From an uncultured Dehalococcoidia bacterium (lineage in GTDB: Bacteria > Chloroflexota > Dehalococcoidia > Lucifugimonadales > UBA1127): a stretch of DNA of 64,000 nt. Position 1 is the stretch's first letter. Every line of letters starts with the position of its first letter. The stretch spans positions 11,114-75,113 of the forward strand of contig CAZTCW010000014.1 in the NCBI GenBank assembly GCA_964612825.1. The letters run 5' to 3'. Positions 8,683 to 18,312 of the stretch are shown piece after piece. Both the position numbers and the translations under genes were made by a program. Under the pieces are notes generated by a model, which made no database searches, had not been told where the DNA came from, and saw nothing but the letters and a program-made list of their open reading frames with translations.

Positions 8683-9873
8683 TTATTGTCGATTTTCCAA
8701 TCGGATTTTTGTGCTTTTTGCGAACATGGCGAAAATTAACCCAGGGATAAGAATAATTCCTGAATTTACGACTAATCCCCAAGGGATCCCTGAAAAATCG
8801 GCAATGATTCCCAATAGTGGGGAGCCTAAAACTAGCCCGACATCACCGAAAGTCCTATTTGTTGCTAAAGCTATGGCTTGTTGATGGGTAGGTGCAATGT
8901 CGGCAACATAGGAATTTGCGGACGGGCCTGCCATTGACTGGGCGATGCCATAAATGACCATGGCCATGGCAAGAATATGAATGGAAGGGCTGGCAGCGGA
9001 CAAAAGCAGGGCTAGGGTGAACAAAAAAGCAGTTGGAACCAAAATCGCTTTTCGGCCGAAATGATCAGTCATTGCCCCTACAAACGGTTGAAAGGCGAGG
9101 TTGGTGGCAGATGGGACTGTTAATAATAGGCCTATTTTCCCAGGGGTTAGTTCGAATTTCCGTTTTGCTAACAATGGCCAAAGATTGAAAAGGGTACCAC
9201 CTCGAGTAAAAAAAACTCCGAATACAATCAGATTGACAGACAAATAGCTAATGCTTCGAAAGAGGGAATCTCCTTTGGGTTGAGAACTGGGAGTGCTGAT
9301 GAGTTGTGGTTGAGTCGCGGGATTCTTCGGTTCGACACCCCCGGTTACCCGTGCGATTTCTGGTGGAATTTTGTATAAAGTCCAAGCCAAGGCGACGGAA
9401 GAAAATAGTGAAATAATTAAAAATGGTGAAGTCAGCCCAAACATGGAAGCCGAAATACCGCCTATAGAAGGCCCGAGGACAAATCCTAAAATGAAGGCTC
9501 CCTGATAGATGGTCATCAGTCGGCCTCTATTTCCGTGGGAACTTATTCCTGCTACAAATATTATCGCGGCTGTAATAAAAAAAGCAGAACCTAATCCCGC
9601 AACAAACCGAAAAAGTACTAAAGGAATGTACCCGGGGATTACGGCAATGCAAAAATTGCCAATCGCCGATAGCAATGCGCCAAGAGCTAATACGAATCGA
9701 GCTCCTCTTTTTCTGGTAAGGATTCCCGCTGGTATATTGGCGAAGACCCGAGCGAGGGCGAAAGCACTGACTGCAAATCCGACCATCAGTGCAGGCAACC
9801 CTTTGCTTTCCACAAGTAAAGGGAGGATGGGGCCTGCAATACCTTGCCCCATGGTAATGAACATCGTAGACAA
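8683..9873 (-). CDS. MFS transporter
   Basis: 396-aa polytopic ORF with GQGIAGPILPLLV in TM1 and a GILTRKRGAR loop motif. The TTG start at 9873 may be too far downstream (see findings). Confidence 0.8.
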   Translation of the reverse strand: MSTMFITMGQGIAGPILPLLVESKGLPALMVGFAVSAFALARVFANIPAGILTRKRGARFVLALGALLSAIGNFCIAVIPGYIPLVLFRFVAGLGSAFFITAAIIFVAGISSHGNRGRLMTIYQGAFILGFVLGPSIGGISASMFGLTSPFLIISLFSSVALAWTLYKIPPEIARVTGGVEPKNPATQPQLISTPSSQPKGDSLFRSISYLSVNLIVFGVFFTRGGTLFNLWPLLAKRKFELTPGKIGLLLTVPSATNLAFQPFVGAMTDHFGRKAILVPTAFLFTLALLLSAASPSIHILAMAMVIYGIAQSMAGPSANSYVADIAPTHQQAIALATNRTFGDVGLVLGSPLLGIIADFSGIPWGLVVNSGIILIPGLIFAMFAKSTKIRLENRQ

Positions 9874-10123
9874 CCCTAATAGAAGAATCTGAGGATTTTC
9901 GCGGGCTGGGCCGACATAACTGTGATGGAGTAAGGCAAGTACATTCCTGTAAATCTTTATTGGCTTGTCCTTTTTTAGAGATGATTATCCATTAGCCCTG
10001 GTCATGTGAGTATAACAACGGTGAAAAAGTGGGTCAAAGCTCTCTTATGCTCTTCCATGCACCCGTCGTTGGTTATATCCTGTGCAACATAAGTTGAGAA
10101 ATTTGATTGTTCTGAGGCTACTA

Positions 10124-13006
10124 ATGAAGATTCAAAACCGAAAAGACCTTACCAATCAACTAGGAGAGACGATAAAGGGCGAAATCCTTTTTGACCCTTA
10201 CTCGCGGCATATGTATGGGACCGACGCCTCCATGTATGAGATGGAACCCGTTGGGGTTGTAGTCCCAAAAGATGAGCAGGATGTGATTACCGCAGTTAAT
10301 TCTTCCAGGGAGGCTGGTGTCCCTCTCTTACCTAGAGGGGGCGGAACTTCATTGGCAGGGCAGACTGTGAATCATGGCCTTGTTATGGATTTTTCTAAAT
10401 ACATGGCTGAAATGACGGAACTCAATCCTGAAGAACATTGGGCTTGGGTCCAACCTGGGATTGTCCAAAATAACTTACGACGCCAAGTTGCGCCTTATGG
10501 GCTCAATTTTGGCCCAGACCCGGCGACCAGTAATCGAGGAACTATCGGTGGAGCGATTGGGAACAACTCTTGCGGGGCTCATTCGGTGGTTTATGGGAAG
10601 ACATTAGATCACGTTATGGAACTTGAGGTGGTTTTGGCCGATGGTTCTTTTACCACCTTGAAACCCTTATCTCCTCAGGAGCTTGAAGCGAAATTCGCTA
10701 TTCCTAGTTTGGAAGGAGAGATTTATAGAAAAGCCTTCCAGATAGCTCAACGGAATAAAGATGAGATTGATCGGCGATTCCCAAAAATTTCAAGAAGAGT
10801 TTCTGGCTACAATCTAGATGAAGTATTAAAAACCCCCCCTAACCTATCGCGGCTTGCAGTTGGATCGGAAGGAACTTTGCTTACGGTTACGCGGGCAAAG
10901 GTTAATCTTGTTACTCGCCCAAAATTTACCGGGCTAGTGGTTCTTCATTTCGCCGATCTTATTCAAGCGATGTCCGCTACTGTCGATCTACTTAAAGAGC
11001 CCGTAACGGCTATTGAGTTAATGGACAGCACTATAGTAGAGCAAGGGAGGGGACATCCTGGGTTTTCGAGAAGGCTCTACTTTGTTAATGGCAGCCCAGC
11101 TGCATTGCTTGTTGTTGAGGTTGCGGGACAAACGGAAAAAGAAGTGGCGGAAAAATTGCGTGGAGTTTGCAGTCGGGCTGAATCTTCAAGGCTCGGATAT
11201 CATACCGTCACTTTTACTGATCCTGTCGAACAGGCAAATGTTTGGGCAGTTAGAGAGAATGGACTTGGACTGATATCCAGCCTTCGCGGGGAAGGGAAAC
11301 CTATTTCGTTTGTTGAAGATACCGCAGTGGCCCCAGAAAAACTGCCTGAATATATTTCGCGTTTTGAAGCGTTACTTAAAGAACATGGAACTACTGCAGC
11401 CTATTACGGCCATGCCAGTGTTGGATGTGTCCACATCCGTCCAATCGTAGACATAAAATCCCTTCATGGACAAAGTCAGATGATTCATATTATTGAACAA
11501 GTATCAGATTTAGTTCTGGAATTTGGTGGGGCGTTAAGTGGGGAGCATGGGGATGGGATTATTCGTGGGTATTTCACAGAGAAAATGTTTGGTTCCGAGT
11601 TATACGAGGCTTTCAGGGATCTTAAATCTGCCTTTGATCCTCTGGGGATTATGAATCCTGGAAAGATAATTCAGACTCCTAAGATAACTTCAAATTTGAG
11701 GAAGAACGCTAGTCCTGGGGCATTTGAACTGAAAACTACGTTGGATTTTTCCAGGGATGGTGGGTTTTCCGGTATGGTAGATATGTGTAATGGCCAAGGG
11801 GCTTGTAGGAAAACCGAGGGCGGAACTATGTGTCCTTCCTTTATGGTCACTCGAGAAGAAGAGCATTCGACAAGGGGCCGAGCGAACGCCCTTCGAGGAG
11901 TTCTATCGGGCAATTTACCTCCTACTGAGTTTACGAGCAAACGACTTTTTGATGTGCTCGATTTGTGTCTTGAATGTAAGGGCTGTAAGGTGGAATGTCC
12001 TTCCAGCGTAGATATGGCGAAGCTCAAGTATGAGTTCTTGAGCCACTATAATCGGGCCAACGGAATTTCCTTGAGGACACGGCTCTTTGCAAATATTTCC
12101 AAAATTAACCGAATCGGAACAAACCTGCCTAATTTATCGAACTGGGTTATTTCTAGTTCCATTTTTAGGGCTCTACAAAGTTTTATTGGTATTCACCCTG
12201 AGAGGACTCTCCCTCTATTTGCATCCACTACCTTCTCGAAATGGTTCCGAACCAGGACCCTTTCGCCTCAAAAGACCAGTAAAGGGAAGGTTATTTTGTT
12301 TCATGACACCTTTATGGAAGGTAATTATCCATCAGTTGGGATTGCGGCGACTAAAATTTTGGAACAGGCAGGATTTGAAGTATTAATTGTTGAGAAGGAA
12401 TGCTGTGGGAGGCCATTGATTTCTAAAGGGATGCTGGGCGAGGCTGCTCGTCTCGCCAGTAGGAACGTCGAGATATTGTTTCCATTTGTGCAGACAGGAA
12501 TTCCGATTGTAGGGACGGAGCCATCCTGTCTACTTACTCTTAGGGAAGAGTATATCGATCTGCTTCCAGAATCCGATGAAGCTAAAGTAGTGGCAAATAA
12601 TTCTTACCTGATAGACGAATTCCTTTGCGGCCTGAATGATAATGGAAATTTAGATTTGTCCTTTAAGCCACTGTACGGGAAAGTACTGTTTCATGGACAT
12701 TGTCATCAAAAAGCTCTAACTGGCACAGATGTCTCGGCAAAGTTAATGAACCTCGTCCCCGAAGCGGAGATAGAGATTTTAGATGCAGGATGTTGTGGTA
12801 TGGCTGGAGCCTTTGGGTTTGAAAAAGAGCATTACGCTATTTCTATGGATATAGGAAACCGAGTTTTATTTCCCGCTGTCCGGGAAAAAGTCGAGTCCTC
12901 AATAGTGGTTACTGGAGTTTCCTGCCGTCAACAAATTCAGCACGGGACAGAGGTGATGCCAAGACACCTAATAGAATTTCTTGCGGACCAGTTGAGAATC
13001 TCTTGA
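10124..13006 (+). CDS. FAD-binding oxidase fused to an Fe-S/CCG domain (GlcD-GlcF / YdiJ-like 2-hydroxyacid dehydrogenase)
   Basis: The N-terminal FAD_binding_4 pattern is PRGGGTSLAGQ. The middle holds CNGQGACRK...C and CLECKGCKVECP ferredoxin-type clusters. The C-terminus has two CCG motifs (ECCGRP, GCCGMAG). ATG at 10124; the track ORF starts at GTG 10082. Confidence 0.85.
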   Translation: MKIQNRKDLTNQLGETIKGEILFDPYSRHMYGTDASMYEMEPVGVVVPKDEQDVITAVNSSREAGVPLLPRGGGTSLAGQTVNHGLVMDFSKYMAEMTELNPEEHWAWVQPGIVQNNLRRQVAPYGLNFGPDPATSNRGTIGGAIGNNSCGAHSVVYGKTLDHVMELEVVLADGSFTTLKPLSPQELEAKFAIPSLEGEIYRKAFQIAQRNKDEIDRRFPKISRRVSGYNLDEVLKTPPNLSRLAVGSEGTLLTVTRAKVNLVTRPKFTGLVVLHFADLIQAMSATVDLLKEPVTAIELMDSTIVEQGRGHPGFSRRLYFVNGSPAALLVVEVAGQTEKEVAEKLRGVCSRAESSRLGYHTVTFTDPVEQANVWAVRENGLGLISSLRGEGKPISFVEDTAVAPEKLPEYISRFEALLKEHGTTAAYYGHASVGCVHIRPIVDIKSLHGQSQMIHIIEQVSDLVLEFGGALSGEHGDGIIRGYFTEKMFGSELYEAFRDLKSAFDPLGIMNPGKIIQTPKITSNLRKNASPGAFELKTTLDFSRDGGFSGMVDMCNGQGACRKTEGGTMCPSFMVTREEEHSTRGRANALRGVLSGNLPPTEFTSKRLFDVLDLCLECKGCKVECPSSVDMAKLKYEFLSHYNRANGISLRTRLFANISKINRIGTNLPNLSNWVISSSIFRALQSFIGIHPERTLPLFASTTFSKWFRTRTLSPQKTSKGKVILFHDTFMEGNYPSVGIAATKILEQAGFEVLIVEKECCGRPLISKGMLGEAARLASRNVEILFPFVQTGIPIVGTEPSCLLTLREEYIDLLPESDEAKVVANNSYLIDEFLCGLNDNGNLDLSFKPLYGKVLFHGHCHQKALTGTDVSAKLMNLVPEAEIEILDAGCCGMAGAFGFEKEHYAISMDIGNRVLFPAVREKVESSIVVTGVSCRQQIQHGTEVMPRHLIEFLADQLRIS

Positions 13007-13060
13007 TTGATTAGGCAAAACATTCTGGCAGTAACGATTTGAAGTTAATTATCATCTACC

Positions 13061-13103
13061 AACATTTTCGCTAGATATTACAGATGAGTGTAGCGAAAAT
13101 GTT
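13061..13103. terminator. Hairpin between convergent genes (possible bidirectional terminator)
   Basis: Perfect 13-bp inverted repeat aacattttcgcta (13061-13073) / tagcgaaaatgtt (13091-13103) with a 17-nt loop. There is no clean T-tract. Confidence 0.3.
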
Positions 13104-13136
13104 TCACTTTAATCATGATGTGAGAATTCCAGAGGT

Positions 13137-13715
13137 TTAGGGTGATTCGACTTTACCTTCATTTTGATAAATTCCTTCGTAACCTTTTTCAACTGGGTTC
13201 TCAAGGGTGAAGAAAACAAGTTGCATTATTCGTGTGGCTCGTTCCAATATAATTTTGTTGGGATGATAAACCACGAGCAAAGCTTGCGATCTCCCTGAGT
13301 AACCGGAATCCCATACCGCGGTATGAAGTGCGACACCTGAGCGTAGGAGGCTGGATCTTGCTCTGCCGAGGGCCATTAAATCCAAAGGGATGTTTACCAT
13401 TTCATTAAAATTCACTAAGTACGAACCAGATTCTAATAGCCAAAATCCGTCTCCGGATTCGGGGACTGTAAACGTTTCAGCAATCTTCCTTTGGCCATCA
13501 TCCTTCCCCAAAAATGAAGGTTTAGAAGCAAGGCTGGAAAATCCGAGAATTGAATGTAAGGTAAGGTCAACCCCGTTTATTTGGAGTTGAGATGGCAAAT
13601 CAATGAAGCCCTCTATAAGAGGAGGGTTTGTTTTGATTCGTCTTAGAATGCTTGCTCGGTCTAAAGCCCCGCCTGTCATCTGCTGGATTCTCCTCTGTAC
13701 TGCCTCTAGGTTCAT
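13137..13715 (-). CDS. dCTP deaminase / dUTPase-family protein
   Basis: VWDSGYSGRSQALLVVYHPNKIILERATRIMQLVFF is the trimeric dUTPase-fold core and INGVDLTLHSI resembles the N-terminal block. I chose the internal ATG at 13715 (192 aa). The track ORF runs to 13847, adding 44 non-conserved-looking residues. Confidence 0.7.
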   Translation of the reverse strand: MNLEAVQRRIQQMTGGALDRASILRRIKTNPPLIEGFIDLPSQLQINGVDLTLHSILGFSSLASKPSFLGKDDGQRKIAETFTVPESGDGFWLLESGSYLVNFNEMVNIPLDLMALGRARSSLLRSGVALHTAVWDSGYSGRSQALLVVYHPNKIILERATRIMQLVFFTLENPVEKGYEGIYQNEGKVESP

Positions 13716-13923
13716 GCAAAATGTTTTATAGAACTGTACATCTTCATGATTTCTTGGCAGAACTGCAGTATTTAGGGATTGGTATTTTCCATCTTCTATT
13801 TTTGTTCCTAATGTATTGAGTATTAATAACACGCTTAAAATACACATTCAACGAGTCAATTTGGTAAGATGTTGTTTATCAGGGCTAATCTGAACGAAAA
13901 TTTGGCGTGGGGCGATATTGGTA

Positions 13924-14589
13924 ATGGATTATCATCTCAGATATATGTTGCTTCAAGATGTGGAAATGGTTCAGCAGATTGATCATGAAGCTTTTCCCAC
14001 GACATGGCCACGTCCTCGATTCAAGAGGGAAATAATGTCTAAAAACGCGAGATATCTCGTCGTAAGTAGTGGGAAACCTCCACAAATCTCTGCCCGGAAG
14101 GAGTTGAATTCTGATCCCATAGATCGTCCTTCTGGACTGAAATCATGGATTACTGGAGTAATAAACCAATTAAAAAAGCCTCAGAGATTTGTAGGCTATA
14201 CTTCGGATAAAATCCTAGGGTTCGTGGGGATCCTTCTGAGTGGGGATGAATCCCATATAACTGCAATCGCGTCTGATTTAAGCCAAAGAGGAAAAGGGGT
14301 TGGCGAACTTCTTCTAATTGGGGTCATCGAACTAAGCTGGTTAGAAAAAATTCAGACAGTAACCTTGGAAGTTCGGGTGAGTAACCACGTAGCTCAGTCT
14401 TTGTATAAAAAGTATGGGTTTGCTGAACAAGGTATCAGGAAGCGATATTATTTAGACAATCATGAAGACGCAATAATAATGAGCACCCCTTCTATAAATT
14501 CTTTGGAATATCGGGAAAAGTTTGAAATTTTGGTAAAAACCTTTGAAGCTCGGTGGGGGAACTCTGGCAAAATCCTTCATTTCCAGTGA
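13924..14589 (+). CDS. rimI: Ribosomal-protein-alanine N-acetyltransferase (GNAT)
   Basis: IDHEAFPTTW, HITAIASDLSQRGKGVGELLL (acetyl-CoA motif A) and LEVRVSNHVAQSLYKKYGF. It carries an insertion of roughly 45-50 aa relative to typical RimI. Confidence 0.7.
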   Translation: MDYHLRYMLLQDVEMVQQIDHEAFPTTWPRPRFKREIMSKNARYLVVSSGKPPQISARKELNSDPIDRPSGLKSWITGVINQLKKPQRFVGYTSDKILGFVGILLSGDESHITAIASDLSQRGKGVGELLLIGVIELSWLEKIQTVTLEVRVSNHVAQSLYKKYGFAEQGIRKRYYLDNHEDAIIMSTPSINSLEYREKFEILVKTFEARWGNSGKILHFQ

Positions 14590-14685
14590 GGCCATGATTT
14601 GGATGCTTCCAAAAAATAATGCCTTAGAATTGCGAAAATCAATAAAGATATATTCATTTTTCCCTCGAATTCTAACCTGTTCCCG

Positions 14686-14714
14686 TTGACATGCATCCTA
14701 GGGGAGGGTACACT
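14686..14714 (+). promoter_or_regulatory. Candidate sigma70-type promoter for yceD-rpmF
   Basis: TTGACA (14686-14691), 17-nt spacer, TACACT (14709-14714). This places the transcript start near 14721, which favours the ATG at 14750. Confidence 0.4.
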
Positions 14715-14749
14715 TTAGGTTGAGGCGCAAGGGAGCGCAGAACAAAAAC

Positions 14750-15298
14750 ATGCAAATAGATGTTGGTCAATTGTTAACAGAAACTATCGGCGCCAAACTG
14801 GACCTTAAAGTCGAAGATGAGATGTTTGGGGATGATGAGATTCAGTTGCAAAGAGTTAATGGAACTGTTCATCTAACTCGAACTGACTCTGGTATCTGGG
14901 CCTCCGGGACTCTTCGCGGTTTACTTTCCCAGGTGTGCAGCCGATGTTTGGAAGAGTTTTACGAAGCCGTAAACTTACCTATTGAACAGGACTTTTCCCG
15001 AGATGCGGTTCAACCCGTTGCACTCTTGGCGGTAGAAACGGAATCTCCGTTAGGGGAAGTGTTTCTTTCAAGAGACAACACTCTGAATATTGTTGATATT
15101 GTCAGGCAAAGCGCTATAGGTAATAGCCCATTAAAACCGCTTTGTGATCCCGACTGTGCTGGATTATGTTGTAATTGTGGAATAAACCTTAACGCGACGC
15201 TTTGCGAATGTACCTCAGAGGTTCTTGCAATGTATTCTAGTCCCTTGACCCTTCTGGCAAGCATGAAACTTTTTAATTCTACTCTGGAGAATCGTTAG
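14750..15298 (+). CDS. yceD: DUF177 / YceD family protein
   Basis: Located directly upstream of rpmF (classic yceD-rpmF pairing). It has CSRCLEEF ... CDPDCAGLCCNCGINLN Cys clusters typical of DUF177. Confidence 0.8.
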   Translation: MQIDVGQLLTETIGAKLDLKVEDEMFGDDEIQLQRVNGTVHLTRTDSGIWASGTLRGLLSQVCSRCLEEFYEAVNLPIEQDFSRDAVQPVALLAVETESPLGEVFLSRDNTLNIVDIVRQSAIGNSPLKPLCDPDCAGLCCNCGINLNATLCECTSEVLAMYSSPLTLLASMKLFNSTLENR

Positions 15299-15299
15299 T

Positions 15300-15497
15300 A
15301 TGCCGCCTCTTCCTAAGAAACAACTGTCCAAATCAAAACAAAGGTCTAGAGCCTCTCATTACAAAACCGGTCCCAAAGGGTTGTCTTTTTGCCCACAGTG
15401 TCATAATGCTAAGCTTCCTCATAGGGTATGCCCTTCATGCGGATTTTATAGAGGACGGCAAGTGATTTCGCCGGACAATCAAGAGAAGGAATCCTAA
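15300..15497 (+). CDS. rpmF: 50S ribosomal protein L32
   Basis: MPPLPKKQLSKSKQRSRASH... CPQCHNAKLPHRVCPSCGFYRGRQV is the L32 zinc-ribbon form. Confidence 0.95.
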   Translation: MPPLPKKQLSKSKQRSRASHYKTGPKGLSFCPQCHNAKLPHRVCPSCGFYRGRQVISPDNQEKES

Positions 15498-15573
15498 TAA
15501 TTCATAATGCGGTGACCCCACATTCCACGATAACTTTGTGATTGAATTAACTTTCTAAGGAGAATCTAAAATA

Positions 15574-16530
15574 ATGAATATCTCTGGTGGCATTAGTTCC
15601 GCCGAGTCAAACGTTGCCTACGTATTCCCGGGGCAAGGATCTCAACAGGTGGGAATGGGTAAAGAGCTCTTGGATGATTTTAAATCCGTAAGGGAACTCT
15701 TCACCGAAATTGACGACGCTTTGGATTTTCCACTGAGTCGGTTGATGTTTGAAGGTCCAGAAGATGAACTAACAAAAACCATGAACGCACAACCGGCAAT
15801 CTTGGCAGCTAGTCTAGCATCGTGGGTGGCCATCCAAGAGGCTCTTGGACCCGAAGCCATGCCCAAGCCTTCATTGGTCGCAGGTCATAGCTTGGGCGAA
15901 TATACCTCTATGGTTATCTCGGGGGTATTAAACGTTTCTGATGCTGCCAAGCTTGTTAGGGCTAGAGGTAATTTTATGCAGAAAGCGGCTGAAGAAATCC
16001 AAGGTTCGATGGCTGCAGTCCTGGGTTTAGATGAGCAAACCGTGGATGAGATCTGCCGTGAAACAGGAGCGCAAATATCCAATGTCAATGCAGATGACCA
16101 AATGGTGATTGCTGGTGATCTAGTTGCATTGGCGCGAGCAATGGATCTGGCAACCGTCAGAGGAGCGAAGCGGCTTATACGTCTTCAAGTTGGAGGTGCC
16201 TTCCATTCCCGTCTGATGCTTCCTGCTGAGCAAGGGATGAGAGAAGTATTGCAAGAATACCAATTTAATGACCCAATCATACCCATTGTTGGAAACGTTT
16301 CTGGTCGTCCTTTAGTTTCTGCCAAATCGGTGAAAGCCGAACTAATCCGGCAATTATGTAGTTGTGTCCAGTGGAAACGTTCGGTGTCTTACATGATAGA
16401 GGCGGGGGTGGGTATGTTTTATGAAATTGGGCCAGGCAAGGTGTTAAGTAGCCTTATTAAACGAGCCTACCCTGATATGCCAGTAGTTAACCTCAATAGC
16501 CCTGAATCGATCTACGCTCTTTCCAGCTAG
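15574..16530 (+). CDS. fabD: Malonyl-CoA:ACP transacylase
   Basis: FPGQGSQQVGMG and the active-site GHSLGEY. AAGGAG RBS upstream. Confidence 0.95.
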   Translation: MNISGGISSAESNVAYVFPGQGSQQVGMGKELLDDFKSVRELFTEIDDALDFPLSRLMFEGPEDELTKTMNAQPAILAASLASWVAIQEALGPEAMPKPSLVAGHSLGEYTSMVISGVLNVSDAAKLVRARGNFMQKAAEEIQGSMAAVLGLDEQTVDEICRETGAQISNVNADDQMVIAGDLVALARAMDLATVRGAKRLIRLQVGGAFHSRLMLPAEQGMREVLQEYQFNDPIIPIVGNVSGRPLVSAKSVKAELIRQLCSCVQWKRSVSYMIEAGVGMFYEIGPGKVLSSLIKRAYPDMPVVNLNSPESIYALSS

Positions 16531-16540
16531 GAGAAAAGCT

Positions 16541-17032
16541 TTGACGTTGCTTCCTACCGTATCTCAAGATGATCTGCTCGAGTTTGAGGAAGATCCAGAA
16601 GAGGAAGAAAATCCAGAATCTTGGATTCAAATCCCACCTCGTCACTGTTCCCGGCTTGTCTCCCTACAGGTGTTATATGAAGTGGATTTAATGGAACATG
16701 CAGCTGAGGAAGCGTTAGCGTGGTCCCTTGGTGTTTTCCCAACTAATATAGAGGTTTTCGAATTCGCATGGTGTCTCGTTTCAGGGGTGCTTCGAAACCT
16801 TGAATTTTTGGACGAGCAAATCCGTATATATGCTCCAGCCTGGCCAGTTGATCAATTATCAATAATGGATCGGAATATTCTTCGAGTGGCTATTTTTGAA
16901 TTAACAATTGATACAACGACTCCCCCTCGAGCAGTGGTCAATGAGGCAGTGGAATCGGCCAAACTGCTAGGTTCGGACAGCTCTCCAAGGTTCGTTAACG
17001 GAGTCTTGGGGTCAATCATGGACATGGCCTGA
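16541..17032 (+). CDS. nusB: Transcription antitermination factor NusB
   Basis: RLVSLQVLYEVDL, DRNILRVAIFEL and FVNGVLGSI blocks. TTG start 8 nt after AGGAG. It has an acidic N-terminal extension. Confidence 0.85.
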   Translation: MTLLPTVSQDDLLEFEEDPEEEENPESWIQIPPRHCSRLVSLQVLYEVDLMEHAAEEALAWSLGVFPTNIEVFEFAWCLVSGVLRNLEFLDEQIRIYAPAWPVDQLSIMDRNILRVAIFELTIDTTTPPRAVVNEAVESAKLLGSDSSPRFVNGVLGSIMDMA

Positions 17033-17065
17033 TTAGTGATCAAATGAAGAAAGGAGTCAATAGAA

Positions 17066-17323
17066 ATGGCCAGTGTTTTAGATAGGGTTAAAACAATTGT
17101 AGTGGACCGGCTTCAGGTTGAAGAGGATAAAGTCGTCCCCAGTGCTTCCTTTTCTGAAGATCTTAATGCGGATTCACTGGATCTTGTTGAATTGATTATG
17201 GCAATAGAAGAGGAATTTTCTGAGGATGGAAACGCCATAGAGATTTCGGACGAGGACGCTGAAAAGATCCTTACAGTCCAACAGGCTGTAGACTACATAA
17301 AGGGGCGTGGTATTCAAGACTAA
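17066..17323 (+). CDS. acpP: Acyl carrier protein
   Basis: [20 protein letters not shown] contains the DSL phosphopantetheine attachment motif. AAGGAG RBS. Confidence 0.95.
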   Translation: MASVLDRVKTIVVDRLQVEEDKVVPSASFSEDLNADSLDLVELIMAIEEEFSEDGNAIEISDEDAEKILTVQQAVDYIKGRGIQD

Positions 17324-17469
17324 CCTAGTCGCCTGAAATTTCCCTTCAAGTGTTATTCTCCCATAGGTTAATGTATATAGTGCCGTGGTCTTCATTATCT
17401 TGCTGATTGTCGCTTAGGGAACATCATGATATTATCGTCCTTTAACCTATTTCAATAAGGCTATTAATC

Positions 17470-18312
17470 ATGGGGTGGCAAAACATTGAGGTTTCTCTGT
17501 CGAATGTAGCCGGGAAAAACCGGGTAGCTCTTATACCTTTTTTAACTGCAGGTTACCCTGATCCTCAAGCCACGATAGAGATGGTTCTGGGGATGGAAAT
17601 AGCGGGAGCTGATGTAGTCGAGTTGGGCATTCCCTTTAGTGATCCGTTAGCTGATGGAGCTACCATTCAGTATGCCAGTTTTCATGCCTTAAAATCAGGA
17701 ATGACATTTTCAGGTTGTCTGCGAATTTGTGCGGAACTGCGCAATCGAGGTCTTAAAATCCCTATAGTCCTCATGGGATATTATAACCCCCTAATTTCTT
17801 ATGGCATTGGTCAGGCTGTTAAGGACGCGGCTTCTTCAGGAGTTGATGGGTTTATCGTGGCGGATCTTCCTGCTGAAGAGGCAGGGCCAATACAGGAACT
17901 TTGCCAAGAATATTCCATGGCGTGGATACCGCTTTTGGCTCCAACCAGCACGGATGCGAGGATAAAGCTCGCTTGTTCGAATGCTCGCGGGTTTGTCTAT
18001 TGTGTTAGCCTAACAGGCGTAACTGGGGCACGTTCCGCAATATCAGGAGATGTGGAGGGTTTTGTCTCCAGAGTAAGAAATTACACTGACCTTCCTTTGG
18101 CGGTTGGTTTTGGAATATCTCATCGAGATCAAGTCGCTGACGTTAGCAGATTTGCTGATGCCGCTGTCGTCGGGAGCGCATTATTGGATACAGTGATCAA
18201 ATCTGAAGACGCCGAGAGGGTAACCCGAATTCAAGATTTTTTGTTGGGGCTTAGGGGCAGTGCTGAAAGCATAAGTGAGGGGGATTATGGTACTAGCATG
18301 TCGCGGAATTAG
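17470..18312 (+). CDS. trpA: Tryptophan synthase alpha chain
   Basis: ALIPFLTAGYPD, VELGIPFSDPLADG and VSLTGVTG blocks. Confidence 0.95.
   Translation: MGWQNIEVSLSNVAGKNRVALIPFLTAGYPDPQATIEMVLGMEIAGADVVELGIPFSDPLADGATIQYASFHALKSGMTFSGCLRICAELRNRGLKIPIVLMGYYNPLISYGIGQAVKDAASSGVDGFIVADLPAEEAGPIQELCQEYSMAWIPLLAPTSTDARIKLACSNARGFVYCVSLTGVTGARSAISGDVEGFVSRVRNYTDLPLAVGFGISHRDQVADVSRFADAAVVGSALLDTVIKSEDAERVTRIQDFLLGLRGSAESISEGDYGTSMSRN

Noticed and set aside
9509-9892. A 127-aa plus-strand ORF. The track also lists many similar antisense ORFs, for example 751..1074, 4758..5141, 28685..29089, 34333..34740, 41375..41704, 45091..45519 and 50721..51188.
   Set aside because: Each lies entirely inside, and antisense to or out of frame with, a longer ORF that has clear family motifs. 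Their sequences are low-complexity (R/S/P/L-rich) and show no recognisable motifs or RBS. I treat them as shadow ORFs.
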